From Dehalococcoidia bacterium (GTDB lineage: Bacteria; Chloroflexota; Dehalococcoidia; UBA2979): a DNA stretch of 64,000 nucleotides. The DNA lies in assembly GCA_965207415.1 (NCBI GenBank), contig CBDBMD010000003.1, forward strand, positions 2,086,028 through 2,150,027, in the 5' to 3' direction. The position numbers were made by a program, and so were the translations under genes. Positions within the stretch are counted from its first letter, which is position 1. Each line of letters opens with the position of its first letter. Below the pieces are notes generated by a model. The model had not been told where the DNA came from, did not search any database, and saw only the letters and a list, made by a program, of their open reading frames with translations. Below, piece after piece: positions 15,861 through 25,727 of this stretch.

Positions 15861-17111
15861 ATGGCGAAGAGCGACGCGAACAGCGACCGCGCCTACGACG
15901 AGCGACCGCGGCCCCTGGCCGGGGTGCGCGTGGTGGACTTCACCTGGATCGTCGCCGGGCCGCAGGCGACGCGCATCATCGCCGACCTCGGGGCGGACGT
16001 GATCCGCGTCGAGAACGAGGGGCACATGGACTCGCTGCGCGGGGGGCTGCCGGCGGAGGGGGACCCCCACCCGGACCACTCGGGGATCTTCAACAACTTC
16101 AACCGCAACAAGCGCGGCATCACCGCCAACATCTACCACCCGCGCACCCGCGAGTTGATCGAGCAGCTGATCGCCGGGGCGGACGCGGTGACCGAGAACT
16201 TCAGCCCCGGCGCGTTCGCCCGCATGGGCTTCAGCTTCGAGCGCCTGCGCGAGCTCAACCCGAACATCATCTACCTCTCGCTCTCCGGCTACGGGCACTA
16301 CGGCCGCGACAGCTCCTACGTGACGTGGGGCCCCACGGCGCAGGCCGTCTCCGGGCTGACCTACATCTCCGGCCTGCCCGACCAGGATCCGGCCGGCTGG
16401 GGCTACTCCTACCTCGATCACTCGGCCGGCTACTACGGCGCGATCGCGATGCTGCTCGCCCTGCGGCGGCGCGAGCGCATCGAGGGCGCGCAGCGCATCG
16501 ACATCTCGCAGGTGGAGACCGGCATGGTGATGACCGGCGTGACCATGCTCGACTGGCAGATCAACGGCCGCCAGTCGGAGCGCCTCGGCAACCGCTCGCG
16601 GCACCCGGCGCTGGCGCCCCACGGTGCCTACCGCTGCGCCGGAGACGACCGCTGGATCACGGTAGCCGTCGAGACAGAGGAGCACTGGCGCGAACTCTGC
16701 GAGGAACTCGGCGCGCCCGGACTCGCCGGCGACGAGCGCTTCGCCAGCCTCGAGGCGCGCCTCGCCGCGCAGGACGAGCTGGACGCTGCGATCACGGAGT
16801 GCACGCTCCAGCGCGATGCTCGCAAGCTGATGTTCGCCCTGCAGGCGCGCGGCGTGCCCGCCGGCCTGGCGCAGAACATGCCGGACAAGATGCAGGACGA
16901 GCAGCTGGCCGCGCGCGGCTTCTACCGCGCCGCCCCCAGCCCGTTCGTCGGCGATCGCTTCTACGAGGGCCTGCCCTTCCTCTTCCGCCAGCTTGGCTGG
17001 GACGTGCAGCGCGGCGCGCCCGGCCTCGGCGAGCACATCGACGAGGTGCTGACGGAGCTGGGCTGCACACCCGAGGAGATCGCGCAGCTGCGAGCGGAGG
17101 CCGCCGTATGA
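15861..17111 (+). CDS. CoA-transferase family III (CaiB/BaiF-type)
   Basis: VRVVDFTWIVAGPQATRIIADLGADVIRVE... Frame 0. The 887-aa track ORF 15746..18409 is an off-frame composite. Confidence 0.85.
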   Translation: MAKSDANSDRAYDERPRPLAGVRVVDFTWIVAGPQATRIIADLGADVIRVENEGHMDSLRGGLPAEGDPHPDHSGIFNNFNRNKRGITANIYHPRTRELIEQLIAGADAVTENFSPGAFARMGFSFERLRELNPNIIYLSLSGYGHYGRDSSYVTWGPTAQAVSGLTYISGLPDQDPAGWGYSYLDHSAGYYGAIAMLLALRRRERIEGAQRIDISQVETGMVMTGVTMLDWQINGRQSERLGNRSRHPALAPHGAYRCAGDDRWITVAVETEEHWRELCEELGAPGLAGDERFASLEARLAAQDELDAAITECTLQRDARKLMFALQARGVPAGLAQNMPDKMQDEQLAARGFYRAAPSPFVGDRFYEGLPFLFRQLGWDVQRGAPGLGEHIDEVLTELGCTPEEIAQLRAEAAV

Positions 17112-18409
17112 GCGACGCACCTCCGCTGCCGGACTTCGCGGCGAGCCTGGACGGCGCGCCGATCCTCGATCGCGTGCGCATCGTCGAGGTCGGCGACCTC
17201 GGCGAGGTCGCCGGGCGGCTGCTGGCCGACGTGGGCGCGGACGTGATCCGCGTCGAGCCGCCCTCGGGCGCGACCTCCCGCCACATCGGGCCCTACCCCG
17301 GCGACGAGCCGGGCGTCGAGACGTCGCTGCGCTTCGCCGCGCACAACGCGAACAAGCGCGGCGTCACGCTGGACCTCGAGCACGCCGAGGGCCGCGAGCT
17401 GTGGCGGCGGCTCTGCGAGAGCGCCGACGTGGTGATCGACGGCTCCGGCCACGGGGTCCTCGACGGCCTCGGCGCGGGCTGGGAGGCGCGGTTGGCGGAC
17501 GGCTGGGCGGGCCCGCGCGTGTGGTGCTCGATCACGCCGTTCGGCCGCGAGGGGCCGTGGGCCGGCTGGGCCTCGAGCGACCTCGTCCAGCTCGCGCTCG
17601 GCGGGCCGATGATGAGCACGGGCTACACGGACCACGAGTTGCCGCCGATCCGCGGGGGCTTCGACCACTCCTACTGGATGGGCGGCGAGTACGCGGTGGT
17701 CGGCATCCTCGGCGCGCTGTTCGGGCTGGACGCGGGAGCGGCCGAGGGGCCGGAGCTGGTCGACCTCGCGATCCACGACGCGGTGAGCGCGACGACCGAG
17801 GGCGCGTTCCCGAGCTGGGAGTACCGCCGCGAGATCAACCAGCGCGCCACGGGCCGCCACTCGGCGCCCGGCCCGACGCCGGAGATCCAGTTCCCGACCA
17901 TCGACGGACGCCACATGAACGTGATCGGCGGTGGGCAGCCGCGCTCCGCGCGCTACCTCGACGACATGCTCGACTGGATGGACAAGTACGACGCCGCCGA
18001 GGACCTGCGCGAGCCGCGCTACCGCGCGGCGATCTTCGCGGCGCGCAACGAGGCCGAGGAGGAGCGCAAGCGCTTCTCCGAGGTGACCAAGCGCTTCGTC
18101 GCGATGCTGACGACGGAGGAGGCCTACCGCGGCGGGCAGGGGATGCACTTGCCATGGGGCATCGTGCGCCGGCCCGAGGAGAACCTCGACGACCCGCACT
18201 GGACGGACCGCGAGAGCTTCGCGCCGATCGAGCTGCCCGACGGGCAACAGGCACGCCTCCCCGTCGGGCCGTACCGCTTCGAGGGCGTCCCGCGCGGGCT
18301 GCCGTGCCGCGCGCCGCTGCTCGGCGAGCACAACCACGCCGTCTACCACGGCGAACTTGGCGTCCCCGCCGAGGACCTGCCGGGGCTCTCGGAGCGCGGC
18401 GCGATCTAG
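17108..18409 (+). CDS. CoA-transferase family III paralogue, translationally coupled to the upstream paralogue
   Basis: The ATG overlaps the upstream stop (ATGA) and follows GGAGG. Sequence VRIVEVGDLGEVAGRLLADVGADVIRVEPP... Confidence 0.8.
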   Translation: MSDAPPLPDFAASLDGAPILDRVRIVEVGDLGEVAGRLLADVGADVIRVEPPSGATSRHIGPYPGDEPGVETSLRFAAHNANKRGVTLDLEHAEGRELWRRLCESADVVIDGSGHGVLDGLGAGWEARLADGWAGPRVWCSITPFGREGPWAGWASSDLVQLALGGPMMSTGYTDHELPPIRGGFDHSYWMGGEYAVVGILGALFGLDAGAAEGPELVDLAIHDAVSATTEGAFPSWEYRREINQRATGRHSAPGPTPEIQFPTIDGRHMNVIGGGQPRSARYLDDMLDWMDKYDAAEDLREPRYRAAIFAARNEAEEERKRFSEVTKRFVAMLTTEEAYRGGQGMHLPWGIVRRPEENLDDPHWTDRESFAPIELPDGQQARLPVGPYRFEGVPRGLPCRAPLLGEHNHAVYHGELGVPAEDLPGLSERGAI

Positions 18410-19188
18410 CCTCTTCGATTCTTCGGAGCCAGGCGCGCGTCCTTCGTGGGGGGCGCTGTCTCGATCGGGCGCGAGGATGCCTCGCAGGCCCCCACACCCC
18501 CATCCCGGACGAGCACGCGCTGCGCGCGGCTCGGACCCACCCACCCGCCCCGGATTTTCTTTCTCTGTGGGGGCTGCGCCCCCACGCCCCCTCGGCTCCG
18601 CCGCCAGCCCGCTTCGTGGCTGCGCCCCCACGCCCCCTCGGCTCCGCCGCCCCGCTTCGTGGCTGCGCCCCCACACCCCCTCGGCTCCGCCGCCGGCCCG
18701 CTTCGCGGCTGCGCCCCACACCCCCTCGGTCCGCCGCTCCGTGTTTCCGCCCTCCGTCCCTTCCGTCGCTCCGCCCCTACCCCCTTTCCGTCATTCCGGC
18801 GAAAGCCGGAATCCAGGCGGGACAGCGGCGGGGCGCGCGCCTTCCCCCGGCGAGGGTGAGGGCGCCCACGCCCCGCCGGGAACGTCCGACGGCGCAACAA
18901 CCCTTCGAGTCAGCAGCCAGGCCGGCGAGCCCCCTCACCCCAACCCTCTCCCCCATGAGAGGGGGCCGGAATCGAGGGCGCACCGAACCCCCGGAAGCCC
19001 CCCTCACCCCCGCCCTCTCCCCTGGCGGGAGAGGGCGGGGGTGAGGGGGACCGGGCGCAGCCCGTCCGAGGAGGCAACGGACCGACGAGGGCGCGGCGGC
19101 GGCTGGATAACCAAACATTAACGCGCCATCAGCACCGGAAACGCCCCGCGCGCTTGCGGGGCCGGGAGGCGGCGGCGAGACTGGGGGT
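18410..19188. repeat. Intergenic island of GC-rich REP-like palindromic elements, including a 4x tandem array of about 45 bp (18568..18742) and a 21-bp perfect hairpin (about 18999..19049)
   Basis: Shared modules CCCCCACACCCCCATCCCGGACGAGCACGCGCTGCGCG..., GTGGGGGCTGCGCCCCCACGCCCCCTCGG, and CCCTCACCCCCGCCCTCTCCCCTGGCGGGAGAGGGCGGGGGTGAGGG. These recur at 25081..25727, 31061..31546 (inverted) and 36644..37030. Confidence 0.75.
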
Positions 19189-19881
19189 ATGGCTCGCGTG
19201 CTGGTAGTCGAAGACGACGCCGCGATCCTCGAGACGGTCGCCTATAACCTCGGACGCGAGGGCTACGATGTGGTCACCGCCGCCGACGGCGTCTCGGGAT
19301 TGCAACTCTCGCGCGAGACCGAGCCGGACCTGATCGTGCTCGACCTGATGCTGCCGCGCATGTCCGGCCTCGATGTTTGCCGCGTGGTGCGCGAGGAGCG
19401 GCCCGTGCCGATCCTGGTGCTGACCGCGCGCAGCGCCGAGGGCGACAAGATCGCCGGGCTGGACCTCGGCGCCGACGACTACGTCACCAAGCCGTTCTCG
19501 ATGCAGGAGCTGATCGCGCGGGTGAGCGCGATGCTGCGTCGTGACCGCATCTCGCGCGAGGCTGCCGGCGGGGTCAACGGCGGGACGCTACGCGGCGGCG
19601 GAATCGAGCTCAGGCCCGACGCGCGCGAGGTACGGCGCAACGGCGAGGTCGTGCGGCTGCGTCCCAAGGAGTTCGACCTGCTGGAGTGCCTGATGCGCCA
19701 CCCGCGCCAGGTGCTGGCGCGCGATCGCATCCTGGAGCAGGTCTGGGGCTACGAGTTCGGCGGCGGCACGCGCACCGTGGACGTGCACATGCGCTGGCTG
19801 CGCCAGAAGCTCGAAGCTGCGCCCTCGAAGCCGCAACACCTCGTGACGGTGCGGACCGTGGGCTACAAGTTCGAGCCCTGA
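19189..19881 (+). CDS. Response regulator, OmpR/PhoB family
   Basis: Receiver domain (VLVVEDD...LIVLDLMLP...DDYVTKPF) plus a winged-helix C-terminus (VDVHMRWLRQKL...VRTVGYKF). Confidence 0.9.
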   Translation: MARVLVVEDDAAILETVAYNLGREGYDVVTAADGVSGLQLSRETEPDLIVLDLMLPRMSGLDVCRVVREERPVPILVLTARSAEGDKIAGLDLGADDYVTKPFSMQELIARVSAMLRRDRISREAAGGVNGGTLRGGGIELRPDAREVRRNGEVVRLRPKEFDLLECLMRHPRQVLARDRILEQVWGYEFGGGTRTVDVHMRWLRQKLEAAPSKPQHLVTVRTVGYKFEP

Positions 19882-19916
19882 CCCGTGCCCATACAGCCCT
19901 CTCCGAGCCGCGAGCG

Positions 19917-21170
19917 ATGACCCCCGGCTGGCACTGGATTGCGCTGGCCGGTCTGGCGGCCCTCGTCGCCGCCGCGGTGCTGCTGCTGCCGGGCCCCGCG
20001 GCCGCGCCGATCGCGCTCGCCGCCTTGCTCGCCACCGCGTTCCTCGTGCGGGCCGCCGATCCCGATGCAGCCGGACCGGCGCCCGAGCCATCACCGGCCC
20101 CGGACGCCTCGCCGGAGGCGGAGCCGCCGCCCGATGCCACGCCGCTACTCGCGCCGCTGCCCTGCGGCGTGCTGCTGCTGGACGACGAACTCAACGTGCT
20201 CGCCGCGAACGACACGCTCGCGCGCATCGTCGAGCACCCGCTCGAGACGATGGTCGGTGTCTCGCTGATCCGAGCGATCCGTGAGATCGAGCTGGTCGAG
20301 TTCGCGCGTGAACGTCTCCACGGTTCGCGCGAGGCGCACCTCACGAACGGCGTCGAGGCGCGGCTCAGCGCGGCGCCGATCGACCTGCCGCTGGCCGGCG
20401 GGCGGGCGACGCAGCTGATCGCCGTCGAGGACGTGACCGCGCTGCGCGCTGCGCAGCGGGCGCGCTCCGACCTCGTCGCGAACCTCGCGCACGAGCTGCG
20501 CACCCCGCTGGCGGGGGCGCGCGCGATCGCCGAGACATTCCAGGCCGCCGCCGGGGAGCCGGCCGAGCGCGACCGCTTCCTGCGACTGCTCGGCGACGAG
20601 ATCGAGCGGATGAGCAGGCTCGTCGAGCGGATGCTGCTCCTCGCGCAGCTCGAGTCCGGCGACGAGCCGATCGAACTCGAGCCGCTGTCGCCTGAGGAGT
20701 TGCTGGGCGGAGCAGCCGCACGCGTCGCGCCCGTCGCCGCGCAGCGACGGATCCGCGTGGTCGTCGAGGAGGCCACCGGCACGCTCGTCGCGGGACACCG
20801 CGAGTACGTCGGCGAGGTGCTCGCGAACCTGCTGGACAACGCCTTGCGCCACAGCCCCGACGACAGCCGCATCGCCCTTGCCGCGCTGGCCGGCAGCGGC
20901 GAGGTGCGCTTCGAGGTTCGCGACGAGGGCTCGGGCATCCTGCCCAGCGAGCGCGAGCGCGTCTTCGAGCGCTTCTACACGGGAGACGACTCGCGCGGGA
21001 CGGGCGGCGGGGCCGGCCTCGGCCTGGCGATCACGCGCCAGCTCGTGCATCGGCTGAGGGGGCGCATCTGGGTCGCCGACCGCACGCCCGGCGCGACTGT
21101 GTGCTTCACGCTCGCACAGGACGCCGAGGCGTCCTCGGACGGATCCGGCGAGGCGGCGGGCGAAGTGTAG
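19917..21170 (+). CDS. Sensor histidine kinase (two TM segments, HisKA H-box HELRTPL, HATPase_c)
   Basis: Start moved to ATG (MTPGWHWIALAGL...) 36 bp after the RR stop. It contains the G-box GGGAGLGLAI. Confidence 0.85.
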   Translation: MTPGWHWIALAGLAALVAAAVLLLPGPAAAPIALAALLATAFLVRAADPDAAGPAPEPSPAPDASPEAEPPPDATPLLAPLPCGVLLLDDELNVLAANDTLARIVEHPLETMVGVSLIRAIREIELVEFARERLHGSREAHLTNGVEARLSAAPIDLPLAGGRATQLIAVEDVTALRAAQRARSDLVANLAHELRTPLAGARAIAETFQAAAGEPAERDRFLRLLGDEIERMSRLVERMLLLAQLESGDEPIELEPLSPEELLGGAAARVAPVAAQRRIRVVVEEATGTLVAGHREYVGEVLANLLDNALRHSPDDSRIALAALAGSGEVRFEVRDEGSGILPSERERVFERFYTGDDSRGTGGGAGLGLAITRQLVHRLRGRIWVADRTPGATVCFTLAQDAEASSDGSGEAAGEV

Positions 21171-21177
21171 CCGCGGA

Positions 21178-22470
21178 CTACGGCTCGACGCCCACGGCCG
21201 CGGGCCGCGGGCGGAACGTTCCCCTGCGCACCAGCGATCGCACCTCGGGCAGCAGCAACGCCGCCGTGAGGAAGGACAGCGTCCAGATCATCGCGGGCGT
21301 GATCAGCAACACGCGCACGCCGAGCTCGTTGGAGAGCCAGCCATAGCCGAAGTTCGCGAAGGCCATGTGGCCCGCCGCGAGCATCAGGTAGATCGACATC
21401 ACGCGCCCGCGATACTCGTCCGGCACGGTGCGCTGCACGAACGTCGCCGAGAGCGCCATGTAGCTGGCCTGCGTCAGGCCGGTCGCAACCCCGCCGAGGA
21501 CCGCCATCCAGGCGGTGGCTGCGAACCCGATCACCAGCATCGCGGCCCCGCTCCCGAAGCCGACGATCAGCAGCGCGCGGCCTTGCGCCACGTCCGTCCG
21601 CAGCATCGAGATCACGAGCGTGCCGCAGATCGCACCCACGCCGACGCCGACGATGATCGCGCTGTACGTGCGGTCCGCCCCGCCGACCTGCGTCGCCAGG
21701 GTCGGCATCATCGAATCGAACGCCATCGTCAGGCCGCAGTGCAGCCCGACGAGCGCCATGACGAACGCCACGCGTGCGTCGCGCTCGAGGTAGGCGAAGC
21801 CCGCGCCGATGTCGCTCATGATGCGGCGTGCATCGAAGAGCGGGCCGTCGGTTTCCCCCGCCGCCGGCGGCGCGCGGTACTCCAGCTTGAAGATCTGATA
21901 GAGGGCGAGCATGACGAAACAGCCCGAGAGGATGAACACGGAGCCCGACCCCAGCCAGGAGAGCATCGCGCCGCCGATCGTCGGGCCCAGTACGCGCGAG
22001 CCGTGGCGCGTGATCCCGGCGAGCGCGATCGCGTTGAGCAGGTGCTCCTTGGGGACGACGTTCGCGACCAGGGCCTGCTCGGCCGGGGTCCCGAAGGCTC
22101 GCGCCGTGCCTCCCAGGGCCGCGAACGCGATCACGTGCCACGGCTCGACGAGGCCCGGCAGCGTGATTGCCGCGAGGCCCAACGCCGAGACGATGCTGAC
22201 CATGTCGGCCGCGATCGCCATGCGCCGCCGGTCCGCGCGGTCGGCCAGCGCGCCACCGATCGGGCCGGCCAGCAGCAGCGGGATCATGCCCGCGAAGGTG
22301 GCCGCGCCGACCCACCCGGCGTGACCGGTCAGTTCGAAGATCAGCCAGCCGCGCGCCAGCAGCATCGTCCAGTGCGACGCGGAGGCGAAGAAGGCATTGG
22401 CGAAGATGCGGCGGAAGTCCCGCGACTGCAGCGCGGGGTGCCGCCGACCGATCGACTCGAGGGTGATCAT
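21178..22470 (-). CDS. MFS transporter
   Basis: About 12 predicted TM segments with MFS-like motifs (GALADRADRRR). Confidence 0.8.
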   Translation of the reverse strand: MITLESIGRRHPALQSRDFRRIFANAFFASASHWTMLLARGWLIFELTGHAGWVGAATFAGMIPLLLAGPIGGALADRADRRRMAIAADMVSIVSALGLAAITLPGLVEPWHVIAFAALGGTARAFGTPAEQALVANVVPKEHLLNAIALAGITRHGSRVLGPTIGGAMLSWLGSGSVFILSGCFVMLALYQIFKLEYRAPPAAGETDGPLFDARRIMSDIGAGFAYLERDARVAFVMALVGLHCGLTMAFDSMMPTLATQVGGADRTYSAIIVGVGVGAICGTLVISMLRTDVAQGRALLIVGFGSGAAMLVIGFAATAWMAVLGGVATGLTQASYMALSATFVQRTVPDEYRGRVMSIYLMLAAGHMAFANFGYGWLSNELGVRVLLITPAMIWTLSFLTAALLLPEVRSLVRRGTFRPRPAAVGVEP

Positions 22471-22522
22471 CAGCCGAGTCTACAGGACGGCGGTCGCGGC
22501 CACCCTCGGGCGCTTCCGGCCG

Positions 22523-23149
22523 CTACGCCTCCGCGTCCTCGAGCGCGCGTGCGACGATTACGCGGCCGCGCTCGCTGAGCTCGAGGCCGAGCGCCGCCTC
22601 GCGGCCCCGATCGCTCATCTTGCGCCAGGTGCGGCGCACGATTCCCACTAGCCTGTCGTCGTCGCCGAGGCGTTCGCGGAACTCATCGAACTGCGTCTGC
22701 AGGAAGACGAGGTTGAGGCCGTCCTCCAGCGTCTGCACCTCGGGGTCGCTGAACAGCTCCTCCTTGCGCACGATCTGCTGGACACGCTCGATCAGCGGTT
22801 CGTCGTAGCCCTCGGCGCGGAGGATGCGCGCGGCCTCGTCGGCGTGGAAGCGGCGCAGCTCGCGGCGCCAGCGCAGGTAGGCGGCGCGGCCCGGCGGATA
22901 GCTGGAGCGCGGCACGGTCCAGCGCCGGATGTGGTGCGCCCGCGCCGCCAGCAGCAGCGCCTCGCCCGGCGCGGGGACGAGGCGCGCGACCCACTCGCAG
23001 AGCAGCGCGGCGTGCGTCAGTTCCTTCGGGCGCGGTTCGCCCTCGACCATGATCGTCGCCGGGTCGGCGGCGTTGGCGGCGTCGATCGCGGCGATGGCGC
23101 GCGCGAAACGCTCCGCGTCGACACAGTCGCGAGGGGTAGCGAGCGTCAT
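22523..23149 (-). CDS. Hypothetical protein, DUF4202-like
   Basis: 208-aa ORF with balanced composition. The family assignment is from memory only. Confidence 0.45.
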   Translation of the reverse strand: MTLATPRDCVDAERFARAIAAIDAANAADPATIMVEGEPRPKELTHAALLCEWVARLVPAPGEALLLAARAHHIRRWTVPRSSYPPGRAAYLRWRRELRRFHADEAARILRAEGYDEPLIERVQQIVRKEELFSDPEVQTLEDGLNLVFLQTQFDEFRERLGDDDRLVGIVRRTWRKMSDRGREAALGLELSERGRVIVARALEDAEA

Positions 23150-23198
23150 CGCGAAGCCTCGGGGCCGGGCCGGGCGCGTTCGCGCCGGAGGTTTTGCG

Positions 23199-23271
23199 TT
23201 GACACTGCTCCCCCGGCTGTTACGATTGGCCCGACAGAATTGTCTGTGTTGTTTACCGGATTTGTCGACAA
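23199..23271 (+). promoter_or_regulatory. Sigma70-like promoter (TTGACA-16-TACGAT) with a downstream perfect palindrome TTGTCGACAA (23262..23271) ahead of the sulfite reductase gene
   Basis: Hexamers read directly from the sequence, followed by an AGGAG RBS before the ATG at 23296. Confidence 0.5.
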
Positions 23272-23295
23272 TAGCAAATCCCTCCCCAGGAGCAG

Positions 23296-25080
23296 TTGAT
23301 GACCACCACCGTCCGTGCCGACACCCCCGGCTTCGTGATTCCGATCCTCGAGGACGAACTCGCAGACTTCACCACCGAGGCGACGGAGTTCCTCGACGGT
23401 AACCGCGACATGCTGGACTTCACCAAGTTCCGGCTGCGCCAGGGTGTCTACGGTCAGCGTCAGGCCGACCGCCAGATGATCCGCGTCAAGCTGCCCTTCG
23501 GCGGGGTCACCTCGGACCAGCTCGACGCCTTCGGCGAGGTCGCCGAGCGCTTCACGCCGCTGCGCAAGGGCCACCTCACCACGCGCGAGAACGTGCAGTA
23601 CCACCACGTCCCCCTCGACGAGACGCTCGAGCTGCTGCAGGTGCTCGGCCGCGCCGGCCTCTCCACGCGCGAGGCCTGCGGCAACACCGTGCGCAACGTC
23701 ACCGGCGACCCCTGGGCCGGCATCCGCGACGACGAGCCGTTCGACGTCACCCCCTACGCGGGCGCCTTCGTGCGCTACTTCGTGCGCAGCGAGCTGACGC
23801 AGCTGCTGCCTCGCAAGTTCAAGGTCGCCTTCTCCGGCAGCGACGAGGATTCCGCGCTGACGCAGATCCACGACCTCGGCTTCATCCCCGAGATCCGCGA
23901 GGTCGACGGCGTGCCCACCAAGGGCTTCCGCATCGTCGCCGGCGGCGGGCTCTCGATCATGGCGAAGCACGCCGTGGTTCTGCGCGAGTGGGTCTCCGTC
24001 GACGAGTACCTCAGGCACTCGCACGCCGTGCTGCGCGTCTTCAACGACGCCGACGAGCTGCGCAAGAACCTCGCCAAGGCGCGCATCAAGTTCCTCGTCC
24101 ACCGCGTGGGCGAGGAGGCGTTCCGCGCGATGGTCGACGCGGAGCTCGAGGGCGAGTGGGCGCAGGCCGACGCCCTGCCCGACCCGCTGCTCTTCCTCGA
24201 CGACGAGGAGGCCGACGCCCCGGCCCCGCCCGGCGACGCGCCGCAGCCCACCGACGCCGACCGCGCCACCTTCGAGGAGTGGGCGCGCACCGCCGTGAAG
24301 GCGCAGCGGCAGGCGGGCTACGCCGCCATCGAGGTGCAGGTGCCGCAGGGCGACCTCTCGCCGGAGCAGTTCCACGGCCTGGCCACGATCATGCGCGAGT
24401 ACGGCTCGGGCCGCGCCCGCACCACGCCCTGGCAGAACATCGTGCTGCGCTGGATCCCGAACGAGTCGATCTACGCCGTCTGGCTGGCGCTCGGCAAGCT
24501 CGGCCTGAACGGCGGCGGCATCCTCGAGATCGAGGACGTGGTGAGCTGCCCGGGCACGGACAGCTGCAAGCTGGGCATCACCAGCTCGATGGGCCTCAAC
24601 CGCGCGGTCTCCGAGCACATCCGCTCGCTGCAGATCACGGACCCGCTGACGCGGCGGATCCTGATCAACGCCAGCGGTTGCCCCAACTCGTGCGGCCAGC
24701 ACCACATCGCGAACATCGGCTTCCACGGCGCCGCCATCAAGTCCGGCGATCGCCAGGCCCCGGCCTACCACGTGTTCATCGCCGGCAACCGCCGCACCGG
24801 GCAAGACCTGCGCCTCGGCACGCTGATCAAGGCGCGCCTGCCCGCCAAGCGCGTGCCGGACGCCGTCGAGCGCTTCATCCGCCTCTACGAGGCGGAGCGC
24901 AGCGACGGCGAGGAGTTCAACGACTACTTCGACCGCGTCGGCAAGGCCCCGTTCGAGGAGGCCGTGAAGGACCTGACGCTGCCGCCGGAGTTCTCGGTCA
25001 AGACGATGGACGAGTTCATCGACTGGGAGCGCGAGGGCCTCTACGTCCTCGAGCGCGGCGAAGGCGAGTGCGCCGTCTAG
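23296..25080 (+). CDS. sir: Ferredoxin-dependent sulfite (or nitrite) reductase hemoprotein
   Basis: Nitrite/sulfite reductase ferredoxin-like and 4Fe-4S/siroheme domains with Cys motifs SCPGTDSCKLG and CPNSCGQHH. Confidence 0.8.
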   Translation: MMTTTVRADTPGFVIPILEDELADFTTEATEFLDGNRDMLDFTKFRLRQGVYGQRQADRQMIRVKLPFGGVTSDQLDAFGEVAERFTPLRKGHLTTRENVQYHHVPLDETLELLQVLGRAGLSTREACGNTVRNVTGDPWAGIRDDEPFDVTPYAGAFVRYFVRSELTQLLPRKFKVAFSGSDEDSALTQIHDLGFIPEIREVDGVPTKGFRIVAGGGLSIMAKHAVVLREWVSVDEYLRHSHAVLRVFNDADELRKNLAKARIKFLVHRVGEEAFRAMVDAELEGEWAQADALPDPLLFLDDEEADAPAPPGDAPQPTDADRATFEEWARTAVKAQRQAGYAAIEVQVPQGDLSPEQFHGLATIMREYGSGRARTTPWQNIVLRWIPNESIYAVWLALGKLGLNGGGILEIEDVVSCPGTDSCKLGITSSMGLNRAVSEHIRSLQITDPLTRRILINASGCPNSCGQHHIANIGFHGAAIKSGDRQAPAYHVFIAGNRRTGQDLRLGTLIKARLPAKRVPDAVERFIRLYEAERSDGEEFNDYFDRVGKAPFEEAVKDLTLPPEFSVKTMDEFIDWEREGLYVLERGEGECAV

Positions 25081-25727
25081 ACCCTCCGGCCCCCTCTCCC
25101 CTGGCGGGAGAGGGCGGGGGTGAGGGGGTCGGCGCGCCAGCGCCGCTCCGAACGCACAACCGACTGACCGAAGCCAGACGCGCGTCTGCTGCGGGGGCGC
25201 AGTTCCGATCTGACGCGAGGATACCTCGCAGGCCCCCACACCCCCATCCCGGACGAGCACGCTGCGCGGCTCCGGCCCACCCACCCGCCCTCGGAGTTTC
25301 CTTCTGTGGGGGCTTCGCCCCCACGCCCCCCTCGGAACTTTCGAGGGCGCACCGTCCGGCCCCCTCTCCCCTGGCGGGAGAGGGCGGGGGTGAGGGGGTC
25401 GGCGCGCCAGCGCCGCTCCGAGCGCACAACCGACTGACCGAAGCCAGGCGCGCGTCCTTTGTGGGGGGCTACGCCCCCACGCCCCCATCCCGGACGAGCA
25501 CGCGCTGCGCGCCGCTCTGGCCCACCCACCCGCCCTCGGAGTTTCTTTCTGTGGGGGCTTCGCCCCCACGCCCCCCTCGGAACTTTCGAGGGTGCACCGA
25601 TCCGGCCCCCTCTCCCCTGGCGGGAGAGGGCGGAGGGTGAGGGGGTCGGCGCGCGAGCGCCGCTCCGGGCGCACAACGGTCCTCCTAAGCCGGGATGAGG
25701 GCGCCCCGCCCCGTGTAGGCTTGAGGC
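25081..25727. repeat. Intergenic REP-like island; about 260-bp composite unit present twice in tandem
   Basis: 25085..25345 and 25345..25660 are near-identical and include the hairpin CCCTCTCCCCTGGCGGGAGAGGG. Confidence 0.75.

Noticed and set aside
15746-18409. 887-aa single ORF
   Set aside because: Its first 450 aa are an off-frame read of the first CoA-transferase gene. The locus is two coupled genes (15861..17111, 17108..18409).
18410-19188. Possible CRISPR array in the repeat islands (also 25081..25727)
   Set aside because: Repeats are heterogeneous modules and tandem copies without unique spacers of constant length. No cas genes in the window. The 45-bp units abut each other.
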